Positions 1-9,747 of a stretch of DNA of 64,000 bases are shown here, in pieces. Location: contig JAZUFW010000058.1 in the NCBI GenBank assembly GCA_045640905.1, forward strand, positions 9,881 through 73,880, written 5' to 3'. The stretch is from Lachnospiraceae bacterium (GTDB lineage Bacteria; Bacillota; Clostridia; Lachnospirales; Lachnospiraceae). Every line of letters starts with the position of its first letter. The stretch's first letter is position 1. The notes under the pieces were generated by a model. It made no database searches, was not told the DNA's origin, and was given only the letters and a program-made list of their open reading frames with translations. A program made the position numbers and the translations under genes.

Positions 1-67
1 CTTCCTTGAAAAAATTGATTTGTCACAAGCGTTTGAGAGAAATCTGGATATTCTTTCGGCAAAATAA
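1..67 (+). CDS. 3' end of an unidentified CDS entering from the left edge (last ~21 codons ...FLEKIDLSQAFERNLDILSAK)
   Basis: Frame 2 is open from position 2 to TAA at 65-67, convergent with comEC. Too short to identify. Confidence 0.2.
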   Translation, partial: FLEKIDLSQAFERNLDILSAK

Positions 68-70
68 AAA

Positions 71-2317
71 TCATTTGCTAAAGCATCGGACAGTAAATTG
101 TGGCGGATTAACATCTACTGTTATCGCACCGTTTTGATCTGTCCGTGCTATCGACGAATTGATTTCACGGAGTCGAGCCAAAGTTTCATCGTGGGGATGA
201 CCGTATGAATTGTTTCTGCCACAGGAAATTGCGGTAACTTTCGGAGCACAAAATCTTAAGAATTCTTCGGACGAAGAGTCGCGCGAACCGTGATGCGCGC
301 ATTTTAATATGTCTATTTCCCCGTTTGGGGATGTATTTTTCAAATTATCCATAATTTTCTTTTCACCTTCAATATCTATATCTCCGGTAAACAGGAACTT
401 AATATTACTTTTTTGCAAAAGGCAGACTATGGAAGAAGTATTGCTGTCCGATGAAAAATAGTCTTTCGGAGGATAGAGGCATTTGAGCGAAATGTCGTCG
501 AAAGACAATCGATCGCCGCTACTCCAATAATCAATTTCGACATTGGTTTCTTCGGCTTTTTTTACCAACTCGGCATAATTATCAAAACGTTCGCGCCCTG
601 AGATGTCGGACATAATGAGTTTATCAAAGGAGATATTTAGCTCTTTTTGAGAGTCCATAATCTCCGATATTCCGCTGATATGATCCGTATCGGGGTGCGT
701 TACCAACACGACATCGAGCTTTTGGATACCGTAGTAGGATAAAACCGGAGAAATGTTATATTTGCCGACATCCTTTATGTTGCTTGAACCTCCGTCGATG
801 AGTATATTCATCCGGTCGGAGAGCCCGGGAATAATAAAGGGATGCTTCGAGGCGCTGATTAATATGGAATCACCCTGCCCCACATCCAAAAATGTTACGC
901 GCAGCAAGGGGACCTTTCTGATACATAATATAATCATCAGCACAAAGATGATTGCGGTTTTTCGTAAGAGGCTCAGCTTATCTTTGAAAAGATACAAAAG
1001 AATGATTCCTGATATGAAGCAAAAGATGGTCATATTTGACGGTTTTCCCAAAGTGAGATAATGAAACGGCAATTCGTCAAAGAAGGTAGCGGCTTTTTCA
1101 AATAGAGTAAGTATACCGACTATTATGTATTTGGACAAAAACGGATTAAGGGACAAGGAACGAACCAATATGAGAATGATTCCGCACGGCAGCAGTAAAC
1201 TCATGACGGGGATAACCAGAAAATTCAATAAATATGAGTAGAGAGGGATACTGTAGGAGGTGCACAGATAGATGGGAACGGAGATGACCAATGTGGTCAA
1301 TGTTGAAAGAGCGTATCGCGTAAAAATCGACTTTTGTGACAGATGTTTTGACATCAGTGTCGGATTTATGAGGGCAAAACCCAGCACAAACCCAAAGCTG
1401 AAGATGAATCCCGACTGGAATACACATAGAGGATTTTGAAGTGCAACAAACACTGCGCACACTGACAAAGATGTCAGAACATCTGTCGTTTTACCGATAA
1501 TAAGTGCTGACATGGATAAAAGGAACATGGCGACGGCTCTTAGTGAAGATGGACTTAATCCTGTCATTATGCCGAAAAGGATAACAGCTACCGTTGATAT
1601 CGAAGCTGCAAACTTTAGTTTGACGCGTAAAAATCGTAGCAGTCTAAAAAACAGCATTCCGATCAGTGAAATGTGTAATGATGAAATGGACAGAACATGC
1701 GCGATGCCGTTTCGCTGGTACAAATCCCGAGTTTCCCGATCCATCAGTTTCTTTTCCCCCAGGAGCATTGTCGACATGATAGACGCTTCTTTCGAAGGAA
1801 GTACGCCATAGAAGATATCTTCGCAGTGGGTTCTGATAAGAAATAAGATATTTCCGATTTTGTCGTATGAGGTTGAGCGGGAGATTATTTTGCAGGATGT
1901 CATTTCAAAGGACAGTCCTATGGAGTGATAATACAAATTTATATCAAATTGTCCGGGATTCGTGGCGTTTGCAAACGAAGAGCATTGTCCGGACAGTTTA
2001 ATCTTTTGCCCGATTTTGGGGATGCTTTCGTTTTCGGACATATAACACAGAATCCCGAAAGAGTTTTTGTTTTCGTTATTGTATGGCAGAAAATCGCTGT
2101 CATATGATTTGACGGATGCTTTTTTCAGGATAATACTGACACTCGGTTCTTTTTGATAATCCGATGCACGGTATATTATTTTGTCTACTGTTCCGATTAC
2201 GGACAGACTTTTCCCGTCAGGATATTCATATGATTTTATTTTCTCGGATTTTTGTTTGCCCAAAAGGCACAGAATCAAGAAAAGCAAAAGACAGACAGAC
2301 GCCAGTGGTCTTTTCAT
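71..2317 (-). CDS. comEC: DNA internalization competence protein ComEC/Rec2 (polytopic membrane channel plus C-terminal metallo-beta-lactamase domain)
   Basis: 748 aa with many TM helices in the centre. C-terminal MBL motifs: VTFLDVGQGDS, VTHPDTDHISG, CAHHGSRDSS. ATG at 2317. Confidence 0.9.
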   Translation of the reverse strand: MKRPLASVCLLLFLILCLLGKQKSEKIKSYEYPDGKSLSVIGTVDKIIYRASDYQKEPSVSIILKKASVKSYDSDFLPYNNENKNSFGILCYMSENESIPKIGQKIKLSGQCSSFANATNPGQFDINLYYHSIGLSFEMTSCKIISRSTSYDKIGNILFLIRTHCEDIFYGVLPSKEASIMSTMLLGEKKLMDRETRDLYQRNGIAHVLSISSLHISLIGMLFFRLLRFLRVKLKFAASISTVAVILFGIMTGLSPSSLRAVAMFLLSMSALIIGKTTDVLTSLSVCAVFVALQNPLCVFQSGFIFSFGFVLGFALINPTLMSKHLSQKSIFTRYALSTLTTLVISVPIYLCTSYSIPLYSYLLNFLVIPVMSLLLPCGIILILVRSLSLNPFLSKYIIVGILTLFEKAATFFDELPFHYLTLGKPSNMTIFCFISGIILLYLFKDKLSLLRKTAIIFVLMIILCIRKVPLLRVTFLDVGQGDSILISASKHPFIIPGLSDRMNILIDGGSSNIKDVGKYNISPVLSYYGIQKLDVVLVTHPDTDHISGISEIMDSQKELNISFDKLIMSDISGRERFDNYAELVKKAEETNVEIDYWSSGDRLSFDDISLKCLYPPKDYFSSDSNTSSIVCLLQKSNIKFLFTGDIDIEGEKKIMDNLKNTSPNGEIDILKCAHHGSRDSSSEEFLRFCAPKVTAISCGRNNSYGHPHDETLARLREINSSIARTDQNGAITVDVNPPQFTVRCFSK

Positions 2318-2380
2318 TTTTTCGGAACATTCTTAAGTTTTTTCAGTATATCATAAAAGCATAAACTTTGGAAATATCGA

Positions 2381-2463
2381 CTAGTGATTCAGTTTCTTAA
2401 TAAGTGGACTTTTGGCGCCGAAACAGGCAAGCAAAAAGTCCGGTTAATTAAAAACTGAAGCAC
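2381..2463. repeat. 83-bp palindromic MITE-like intergenic element (short copy)
   Basis: The ~29-bp ends are imperfect inverted repeats. The reverse complement recurs at 14449-14612 with a nested insertion. Confidence 0.6.
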
Positions 2464-2519
2464 TCGGAGACAAATTGTAATAAGGCAAGAACTGAAGTAT
2501 ACTAAAAGCAATAAAATGT

Positions 2520-3188
2520 TTATTTTGCGGTTGACATAAATTGGGGATTCCGGTGCAGATATTCTTCGAGAATACGAAGGTCTTCGGGAGTGTCAATGTC
2601 CATAAGTTCATAACGATCGGTTACAGAAACGTACTTAACCGCTGAAGGATTATTTCGAATGATAAAAGAACCGCCTTCGTCGGATGGCAGATTGAGAAGT
2701 TCCCGATAATATTTTTCGGGAAAAATAACCGGGGATGACGGGATGTTTTCATACTCCGGGCGGATTATCTTTTCCGGTGAAACGGAAAATTCATTTATCA
2801 GTTTGCATATCGTATCAGATTTGAGAAGGGGCTGATCACAAGGGATGAACATGATGCCCTGCGGGGGATTTTTATAAGTTAAGACGTGATTTACCCCAAG
2901 CGAAATGGTCTCATTTTTGTGTAACAAATCATGAAGCAAAACCGTTGCCGAGGTATCGGTGCAAAGAGTTTTGATTTCCGGAAGACGCGTAAGAACCGTA
3001 ACACTGTGAAAACCGATACGTGCTACATTATCCAATATATGTTGAATAACCGCTTTCCCGTCAAGAAGCGCAAGGAGCTTATTTGAACCGAAGCGTGTTG
3101 AAAAACCGGAAGCCGTGAGGATACAGGCGACTTTCTCGGAATAGTCAGCTGCAGGATATGCGGTTGGTGTGTTTTCCATATTTTTCAT
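2520..3188 (-). CDS. MobA/MocA-like nucleotidyltransferase (molybdenum cofactor cytidylyl/guanylyl-transferase family)
   Basis: 222 aa. N-terminal ILTASGFSTRFGSNKLL NTP-transferase loop and C-terminal DIDTPEDL, as in E. coli MocA (recalled). Divergent from the Mo-hydroxylase genes. Confidence 0.7.
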   Translation of the reverse strand: MKNMENTPTAYPAADYSEKVACILTASGFSTRFGSNKLLALLDGKAVIQHILDNVARIGFHSVTVLTRLPEIKTLCTDTSATVLLHDLLHKNETISLGVNHVLTYKNPPQGIMFIPCDQPLLKSDTICKLINEFSVSPEKIIRPEYENIPSSPVIFPEKYYRELLNLPSDEGGSFIIRNNPSAVKYVSVTDRYELMDIDTPEDLRILEEYLHRNPQFMSTAK

Positions 3189-3268
3189 AACATAAATAAT
3201 TATATCAAGATTGCAGGTTTTGCATAAGGTCCTGAATATGGATTGAAAGAAGATTTTTGGAGGCAGGC

Positions 3269-4054
3269 ATGACTGAAATTAAGGAATATCGAATGGCGTC
3301 CTCGGTGGAAGAGGCTTGGGAACTGAATCAGAAGAAGAGCAACTGCATCGTCGCCGGAAATATGTGGCTTCGTCTGTGCAGAAAAAAGATTGGGACGGCA
3401 ATTGACATGTCCGATCTTGGTCTTGATTATGTGAAGGAATTCGATGACAGATTTGAAATCGGTGCCATGACGACGCTTAGGACACTTGAATGCCACGAAG
3501 GACTGAATAAATATACGCAGGGTACCGTGAAGGAGGCTCTTGAAGCCATTGTCGGAGTACAGTTTCGAAACATGGCGACAGTAGGAGGAAGTCTTCACAG
3601 CCTTTTTGGATTCTCTGATGTTCTGACATTGTTTTTGTGCTTTAATACCACGCTTGAGTATTATAAGGAAGGCATAATTCCTCTTAAGGATTACGCGCTT
3701 AGGAAAGTCGGATCAAGAGATGTTTTGACTAAGATTACGGTGTTCAAAGAAGATGCCGATTTTAAGTATCGGGCGCTCAGAAATACGGCGACCGATTTTC
3801 CGGTGCTTGCGGTGGCTACCGCATATTATCGAAAGGATGATAAATATATTATTTCTGTCGGAGCACGGCCTATGAGGGCAGTCCGCACCGAACTTAAACG
3901 CGGAGAGAAATTTGATCCGGAAACAGAGGCCGAAAAACTGAGAGAATCGATACCTACAGGGAAGAACAATCGAGCCGGCGCGGAATACCGCTCGCATCTT
4001 TTGAAGATTCTTTCTCAGAGAAATTTTGAAGAACTGGAAACAATCCATTCCTGA
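3269..4054 (+). CDS. Xanthine dehydrogenase family, FAD-binding (medium, CoxM/XdhB-like) subunit
   Basis: About 261 aa with typical size and position ahead of the 2Fe-2S and Mo subunits. The ORF-track start at 3257 is TTG. ATG at 3269 follows GGAGG at 3259-3263. Confidence 0.8.
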   Translation: MTEIKEYRMASSVEEAWELNQKKSNCIVAGNMWLRLCRKKIGTAIDMSDLGLDYVKEFDDRFEIGAMTTLRTLECHEGLNKYTQGTVKEALEAIVGVQFRNMATVGGSLHSLFGFSDVLTLFLCFNTTLEYYKEGIIPLKDYALRKVGSRDVLTKITVFKEDADFKYRALRNTATDFPVLAVATAYYRKDDKYIISVGARPMRAVRTELKRGEKFDPETEAEKLRESIPTGKNNRAGAEYRSHLLKILSQRNFEELETIHS

Positions 4055-4082
4055 GATTCAGACGAAACGGAGGCATATATCT

Positions 4083-4544
4083 GTGCTTATTAATATAACT
4101 TTGAACGGAATAATGATTACTGATGATGTTGCACCCGATGAGACCTTGTATTCGTTTTTGAGAAGACATGAATGCTACAGCGTCAAATGCGGTTGCGAAA
4201 CGACAAATTGCGGATTGTGCACGGTACTTCTTGACGGAGAACCGATTCTGTCGTGTGCCAAATATGCTGTTGCTGTCAACGGGCGGGAAGTGACTACCCT
4301 CGAAGGAGTTCAGGAGGAAGCCGCGGCCATAGGAGGATGTATGGCAGATGAAGGCTCCGATCAGTGCGGATTCTGCAATCCCGGTTTTCTGATGAACGCC
4401 ATATCTTTGTTCCGAAAAAATCCTGCGCCCGACAGACGCACTATTGAGGAATATATGGCAGGAAATCTGTGTCGTTGTACAGGATATGAAGGGCAGACCA
4501 GAGCGCTTCTTCGTTATGTTCAAAAAAGAAAGGAGTCCGTATGA
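4083..4544 (+). CDS. Xanthine dehydrogenase family, [2Fe-2S]-binding small subunit
   Basis: Cys clusters CGCETTNCGLC...C and CGFCNPG...CRCTGY. GTG at 4083 lies 10 nt after GGAGG (4068-4072), giving the typical N-terminus ...INITLNG. The ATG at 4026 would overlap the preceding gene by 29 nt. Confidence 0.85.
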   Translation: MLINITLNGIMITDDVAPDETLYSFLRRHECYSVKCGCETTNCGLCTVLLDGEPILSCAKYAVAVNGREVTTLEGVQEEAAAIGGCMADEGSDQCGFCNPGFLMNAISLFRKNPAPDRRTIEEYMAGNLCRCTGYEGQTRALLRYVQKRKESV

Positions 4545-6724
4545 GAGTAGTTAATCAATCGGTTCGAAAGACGGATTCGATGGACCTGGTGACCGGCAAA
4601 CCCGTATATCTTGAAGATATTGTTGATAAGGAGGAAACGCTCGTTGTCAAAGTATTAAGATCACCTCACGCCAATGCCATTATTGAGGAGATTGATACAG
4701 AGAGTGCACTGAAGGTACCGGGAATAGAAGTTATCTTTACATGGAAAGATATTGATCAGAACGGACCCAGATATACGGGAGATACACAGGCAGAACCGGC
4801 ACCGGTACCTTACGACAGATTGCTTCTGGACAGACATGTAAGGCATGTGGGAGATGTTGTGGCCTGTGTGGCCGGGAAAGATGTCAAATGTGTTGACAGG
4901 GCGCTTGATTTGATTAAGGTCAAATATGAAGTTCTCCCGGCTATTCTTGATTTTCGTGAGGCGCTGGACAACCCGATTGTTATACATCCGGAAGATAATT
5001 ACAGTGCAATACCCGAAACACATGCAGAACCGAAGAGGAACCTCATATCGCACAGAGAATTTGGAGAAGGTGATGTGGAAGCGGTTTTTGAAGACTGTGA
5101 TGTGGTGATTGATGAAATCTATCATACGAGAGCCGTACAGCAGGAACCGATGGAAACATTCAGATCATATGCCCGAATTGATGAGGACGGTCATCTTTCG
5201 ATAATAAGTGCCACTCAGATTATTTATCATTTGCGTATGGCTCTTTCGCTTGCGCTCCGAATTCCAAAAGAACAAATTCGAATACGAAAACCCAGGATTG
5301 GCGGATCGTTCGGATCGAAGGAAACCATGCTGACGGAAGGTTATGTTGGGCTGGTTACCTTGAAAACACGTAAACCGAGTATGATGATTTACTCACGAAA
5401 AGAAAACTGTATGGCATCGTGCCCTCGTCATGAGATGCAAATGCATGTCAGAATCGGTGCGAACAAAGACGGAATTATCAGGGGAATTTCACTGCATACG
5501 CTGTCAAATACAGGAGCATATGCAGAACATTCATTGGACACTATTGCTCTTTCGGGCTTTAAATCAATTCCCCTTTATGGAAAGCAGGAAGCCTGGCAGT
5601 TTACAGCTGATGTTGTGTATACAAATATAATGTCGTCGGGCGCCTATAGAGGATACGGAGCCCCGCAGGGACTTTTTGCCGTGGAATCGGCGGTAAACGA
5701 ACTGGCGTTAAAGTTGAATATGGATCCTGCAAAGATTCGCGAAATGAATCTGACACGAAAAGGTGAAGTAATGGTGGCCCAGGACGGTTACATCAATGCC
5801 AGCGGAGCTTTGGATGTATGCCTTTCCAAAGTCAGGGAGATGATCGACTGGGAGAACAAATATAAGGTCAGAAAGATTGATGATCATACTGTTCGTGTGG
5901 CAGGAATGGCTATGAGCATGCAGGGGTCAGCTCTGGCGGGAATTGATGTGGGCGGTGCTACCGTCAAGAAAATCGGAAATAATAAATATCGCTTAACAAT
6001 CAGTGCGGCTGACATGGGAACGGGCTGTGATACCGTACTTGCGCAGATAGCAGCGGAAACATTGGGGTGTGATTTGGAGGATGTTGCAGTGGTGGAAGGA
6101 GATACGGATTCAACGCCGTTTGATTCAGGATCTTTTGCATCCAGTACGACATACCTCACAGGAAAGGCCGTTAAGATGGCATGCGAGGAAGTGCTTTCCA
6201 AGATGGCTAAAAACTTACCCATGGAAGAGTGCGAGGCTACGATAGAATATACATCACCTGTATCACCGCCGCCCTTTATGGTAGGAGCCTGCGAACTTGA
6301 GGTAGATGTTGATACAGGACAGGTGAAGGTCCTTGAATATGATGCTTGTGTGGATTGCGGGACTCCCATCAATCCGCATTTGGCCAGAGTTCAGGCAGAG
6401 GGCGGAATCGGACAGGCTATCGGAATGGCACTTTTTGAGAACGTTCATTATGACCAAAGAGGACGTGTCGGTGAGAATTCACTGATGCAGTATAAGATTC
6501 CTACCAGGCTTGATTATGGACCGATTAATGTTGAGTTCGCCGTTACAGATGAACCTACGGGGCCGTTCGGCGCCAAATCCATCGGGGAGGTTGTAACCAA
6601 TACACCCGGGCCGGCGATAGCTGATGCCTTAAGCAGAGTGTGCGGATACAGATTCCGTGAACTGCCGATTACACCGGAACAGATAGCGATGAAGATTCGT
6701 GAGAATAAGCCGGATTGGGATTGA
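4541..6724 (+). CDS. Xanthine dehydrogenase family, molybdopterin-binding large subunit
   Basis: 727 aa. Motifs GGSFGSK, SGAYRGYGAPQ and GEVVTNTPGPAIADA. ATGA overlap with the small-subunit stop. Confidence 0.9.
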   Translation: MRVVNQSVRKTDSMDLVTGKPVYLEDIVDKEETLVVKVLRSPHANAIIEEIDTESALKVPGIEVIFTWKDIDQNGPRYTGDTQAEPAPVPYDRLLLDRHVRHVGDVVACVAGKDVKCVDRALDLIKVKYEVLPAILDFREALDNPIVIHPEDNYSAIPETHAEPKRNLISHREFGEGDVEAVFEDCDVVIDEIYHTRAVQQEPMETFRSYARIDEDGHLSIISATQIIYHLRMALSLALRIPKEQIRIRKPRIGGSFGSKETMLTEGYVGLVTLKTRKPSMMIYSRKENCMASCPRHEMQMHVRIGANKDGIIRGISLHTLSNTGAYAEHSLDTIALSGFKSIPLYGKQEAWQFTADVVYTNIMSSGAYRGYGAPQGLFAVESAVNELALKLNMDPAKIREMNLTRKGEVMVAQDGYINASGALDVCLSKVREMIDWENKYKVRKIDDHTVRVAGMAMSMQGSALAGIDVGGATVKKIGNNKYRLTISAADMGTGCDTVLAQIAAETLGCDLEDVAVVEGDTDSTPFDSGSFASSTTYLTGKAVKMACEEVLSKMAKNLPMEECEATIEYTSPVSPPPFMVGACELEVDVDTGQVKVLEYDACVDCGTPINPHLARVQAEGGIGQAIGMALFENVHYDQRGRVGENSLMQYKIPTRLDYGPINVEFAVTDEPTGPFGAKSIGEVVTNTPGPAIADALSRVCGYRFRELPITPEQIAMKIRENKPDWD

Positions 6725-6799
6725 TCAGGTTTTTGTATCCGATATCGTGTTGTATATATCCCTTCAAATAGTATAATAATCTGACAGGGTTGGTGCATT

Positions 6800-7774
6800 A
6801 TGAAGCAAATTAACGAAGACATTAAGTCCGGAAATTTTAAAAGAATATATTTGCTGTACGGGCAGGAAGACTATTTGCGTCTTCAGTATAAAAACAAACT
6901 GAAGAACGCGATAGTTGGCGATGATGATATGAATTACAGCTATTATGAAGGAAAGGGTGTAAGTATTCCTTCAATAATAGATACGGCTGAGACACTTCCG
7001 TTTTTCAGCGAAAAGAGACTGATTGTCATAGAAAACTCCGGACTTTTAAAAGAAGGCGGAGAAGAACTGGCCGAATATCTCAAGGAATTTCCCGACACGA
7101 CATATTTTGTGCTGGTAGAGAGGGAAATCGACAAGCGCAGTAAATTGTACAAAACCTGCCAAAGTAACGGAACGGTTGCAGCCTTTGAAGAGGTTGATCC
7201 GGATACTTTGATAAAGTGGGTTGCAAAATTGCTTTCGGATAACGGGAAAAAGATTACAGCGCGTGACTGCAGTTTTTTAATCGATATGACCGGGACAGAT
7301 ATGGTCAACGTTAAGAGCGAAGTGGACAAACTTATCGATTATTGTGCCGATAAGGAAGTAGTGACGAAAGAGGACATATCACAAATAGTAACCCGACAGA
7401 TTTCGGATCATATTTTCGATATGATAGCGGCGATAGGGAACAAGAACCAGACTAAGGCGCTGGAACTTTATTATGATTTGCTGTCGTTAAAGGAATCTCC
7501 CTTTAAGATTCTTTCTTTGTTGGGCAGACAGTATGGAATAATGCTGCAGGTAAAGGAACTGATACTTAACAGATGTTCCGTTCCGCAGATGGCCGAAAAG
7601 ATTAAACTTAATCCGTATGTGGTCAAAAAATATGTTGAACAGGCATCAAATTATGAATTGAAAGAGATAAAGAGAGCTTTGAATGCGTGTGTCGAAGCCG
7701 ATGAAGCGATAAAGAGCGGAAGAATGAAAGATCAGATAGCGGTTGAACTTTTGATTGTTGATTTTTCGCGTTAG
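6800..7774 (+). CDS. holA: DNA polymerase III delta subunit
   Basis: 324 aa. N-terminal IYLLYGQEDYL signature and typical length. Confidence 0.85.
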   Translation: MKQINEDIKSGNFKRIYLLYGQEDYLRLQYKNKLKNAIVGDDDMNYSYYEGKGVSIPSIIDTAETLPFFSEKRLIVIENSGLLKEGGEELAEYLKEFPDTTYFVLVEREIDKRSKLYKTCQSNGTVAAFEEVDPDTLIKWVAKLLSDNGKKITARDCSFLIDMTGTDMVNVKSEVDKLIDYCADKEVVTKEDISQIVTRQISDHIFDMIAAIGNKNQTKALELYYDLLSLKESPFKILSLLGRQYGIMLQVKELILNRCSVPQMAEKIKLNPYVVKKYVEQASNYELKEIKRALNACVEADEAIKSGRMKDQIAVELLIVDFSR

Positions 7775-7783
7775 GAGGTTTTT

Positions 7784-9682
7784 ATGAAAAAAAGATTGTG
7801 TATTTTGCTGATGGTGGCAGCAGTATTTTCAATGAGTGCCTGCTCGCTTCCTTTTTTGAAAGATAAAGAAAGTGTGGAAACAACAGAGGAGGAAAGCGAA
7901 ACGGAAGAAACCGATGAAACTGAGGAAGCGCCTGACGAAACTGAGGATGATACACCGGGCGAACCTGTAGCCGTTTATTATTTTGGAACGGACGACTTTT
8001 TGATGGGCCGTAAAATTATCTACTACATTGACGGGGATGATCTTCAGCAGATTTGTGAATTGAATCCCGAGGACGGCAGTGTATTTGATGATGTCTTTGC
8101 TAACGGGGAGCGCGCCTGTTTCTTTTCCAAAAACTTTGAAGAGAGCGAATACACGATTCACATGTTGGATGATGAATTCAATATGAAAGAATATGATTTC
8201 GGAACGCTTTACCCCGAGGGATTTTCCTACGTGACTCCTGCCGGATTCTATGACGGCAAGTTCTATATAGGAGTGACTGACGAACAATACGAGCACAGTT
8301 TTGTTTATTTTGACCCTGAAAAGGAGACAATATGTCAGGACACCAGATTTTCTTATCTTGGCAATCTTTTGTTTGACGAACTTGAATACAATTACATCAG
8401 AGAAGAGGAATATATGGTTAAGGAAGCCAATGAATTCGGAGCGGTCTTTGCTGCGGATTTCGACAACGGTCTTTTGAGAAAATATAACCTCAAGGGCGCG
8501 GAAATCGATACGTATCAGCTTCCGAACGGCGTAAACAACATCAGTGTGCTGGAAAACGGAAAGGCACTGATGAACTTTGCCGAGTATGGTGAAGAAGGTT
8601 ATCATTATATATATTACGAAATGGATTTGGAGGACGGCTCATACTGTCAGACAGGTGTGAATGAAGAGGATGACGGCCGCGGCAGTTTCATAATGGTGAA
8701 TGACGGTCTTCCGATATTTGCGATAAACAGATACAATTCTCTGTATGACAGAATCTGCGGCGAATATTATATTATGAGTGATAACACTTCGGAACTTATT
8801 GCCAGAGTCGACGGCACCATTCCGTCCGATTTTTACTATGAAAACGGTAATGACGCTTTTTGCGTAAAGGGTGACAGGTATTATTTCCTGGCTACCAACT
8901 CCGAAGGAACCGATACCGTTTGGAAATATGTTGATAAAAACGAGTTGAACAAAATAATTGAAACCGATTATACGGATGAGCATATCGCCTTGTCCGATTA
9001 CGGAAAACTGGAGTATATTTCGGATGAGTTTACGGATGACAACGGATTGATGTATTATTCGTATTCAAATCAGATATTTACGCTGAATTCGAATCTGGAG
9101 GGAGCCGATAAGGTAAATGAGGTATTGCGCACTCTGGATGACGAATACATGGGATATTGCGACAGCATAGAAGAATTGGCCGTAAAAGATATTCTCGAGA
9201 ATGAATATTACGAAGATTACAGTGAGTACGGCATGACGTATCAAACCAGCAGGGCATTTTTGAATATTAACGAAATCGGCAGCAAGTATTATCAGATCGG
9301 ATTTGAAACTTATGAGTATTTCGGGGGAGCACACGGATACCCTTATGATGAATATTTCCTTATAGATAAGGAAACCGGAGAACGTGTCGAATTCAAGGAC
9401 TTCTATACGGGATCGGATGAAGAATTTGTCGATATAGTGGCTCGGTATTCATTGGAAGATTGGAAAAATGATGATGAGTATTACTATATGTCCGTAGGTG
9501 ATGTCGAAGATGAAAACGAAATGCTTGAATCGTTTAAGGAAACAATCAGCATAGATCATACAATAGAGTTTACCGAAGACGGTATTTTATTCTACTATAC
9601 TCCGTACGAGGTCGGACCGTATGCTTCCGGATATATAGGAATTGCCATTCCCTATTCGGAATTCGGTATTACGATGCCATAA
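7784..9682 (+). CDS. Lipoprotein with acidic linker and C-terminal DUF3298/RsiV-like domain
   Basis: Lipobox FSMSAC, a long E/T/D linker, and C-terminal YEYFGGAHGYPY characteristic of DUF3298. RBS AGGAGG. Confidence 0.75.
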   Translation: MKKRLCILLMVAAVFSMSACSLPFLKDKESVETTEEESETEETDETEEAPDETEDDTPGEPVAVYYFGTDDFLMGRKIIYYIDGDDLQQICELNPEDGSVFDDVFANGERACFFSKNFEESEYTIHMLDDEFNMKEYDFGTLYPEGFSYVTPAGFYDGKFYIGVTDEQYEHSFVYFDPEKETICQDTRFSYLGNLLFDELEYNYIREEEYMVKEANEFGAVFAADFDNGLLRKYNLKGAEIDTYQLPNGVNNISVLENGKALMNFAEYGEEGYHYIYYEMDLEDGSYCQTGVNEEDDGRGSFIMVNDGLPIFAINRYNSLYDRICGEYYIMSDNTSELIARVDGTIPSDFYYENGNDAFCVKGDRYYFLATNSEGTDTVWKYVDKNELNKIIETDYTDEHIALSDYGKLEYISDEFTDDNGLMYYSYSNQIFTLNSNLEGADKVNEVLRTLDDEYMGYCDSIEELAVKDILENEYYEDYSEYGMTYQTSRAFLNINEIGSKYYQIGFETYEYFGGAHGYPYDEYFLIDKETGERVEFKDFYTGSDEEFVDIVARYSLEDWKNDDEYYYMSVGDVEDENEMLESFKETISIDHTIEFTEDGILFYYTPYEVGPYASGYIGIAIPYSEFGITMP

Positions 9683-9692
9683 CCTGACAAAT

Positions 9693-9727
9693 AAAACCCG
9701 CTTGCCTCGGCAAGCGGGTTTTATTTT
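9693..9727. terminator. Bidirectional rho-independent terminator
   Basis: aaaa-CCCGCTTG-cctcgg-CAAGCGGG-ttttatttt between convergent genes. Confidence 0.8.
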
Positions 9728-9747
9728 AATCATGTATCGAAATCGGA

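Noticed and set aside
4026-4082. The ATG at 4026 as the start of the 2Fe-2S subunit, overlapping the FAD subunit by 29 nt.
   Set aside because: The GTG at 4083 is preceded by GGAGG at proper spacing and gives the family-typical N-terminus. The upstream extension (MKNWKQSIPEIQTKRRHIS) has no counterpart in this family.
2520-6724. A selenium-dependent molybdenum hydroxylase locus.
   Set aside because: No selD, yqeB/yqeC-type accessory genes or in-frame TGA are visible in or around the cluster. Nothing in the window supports selenium dependence.
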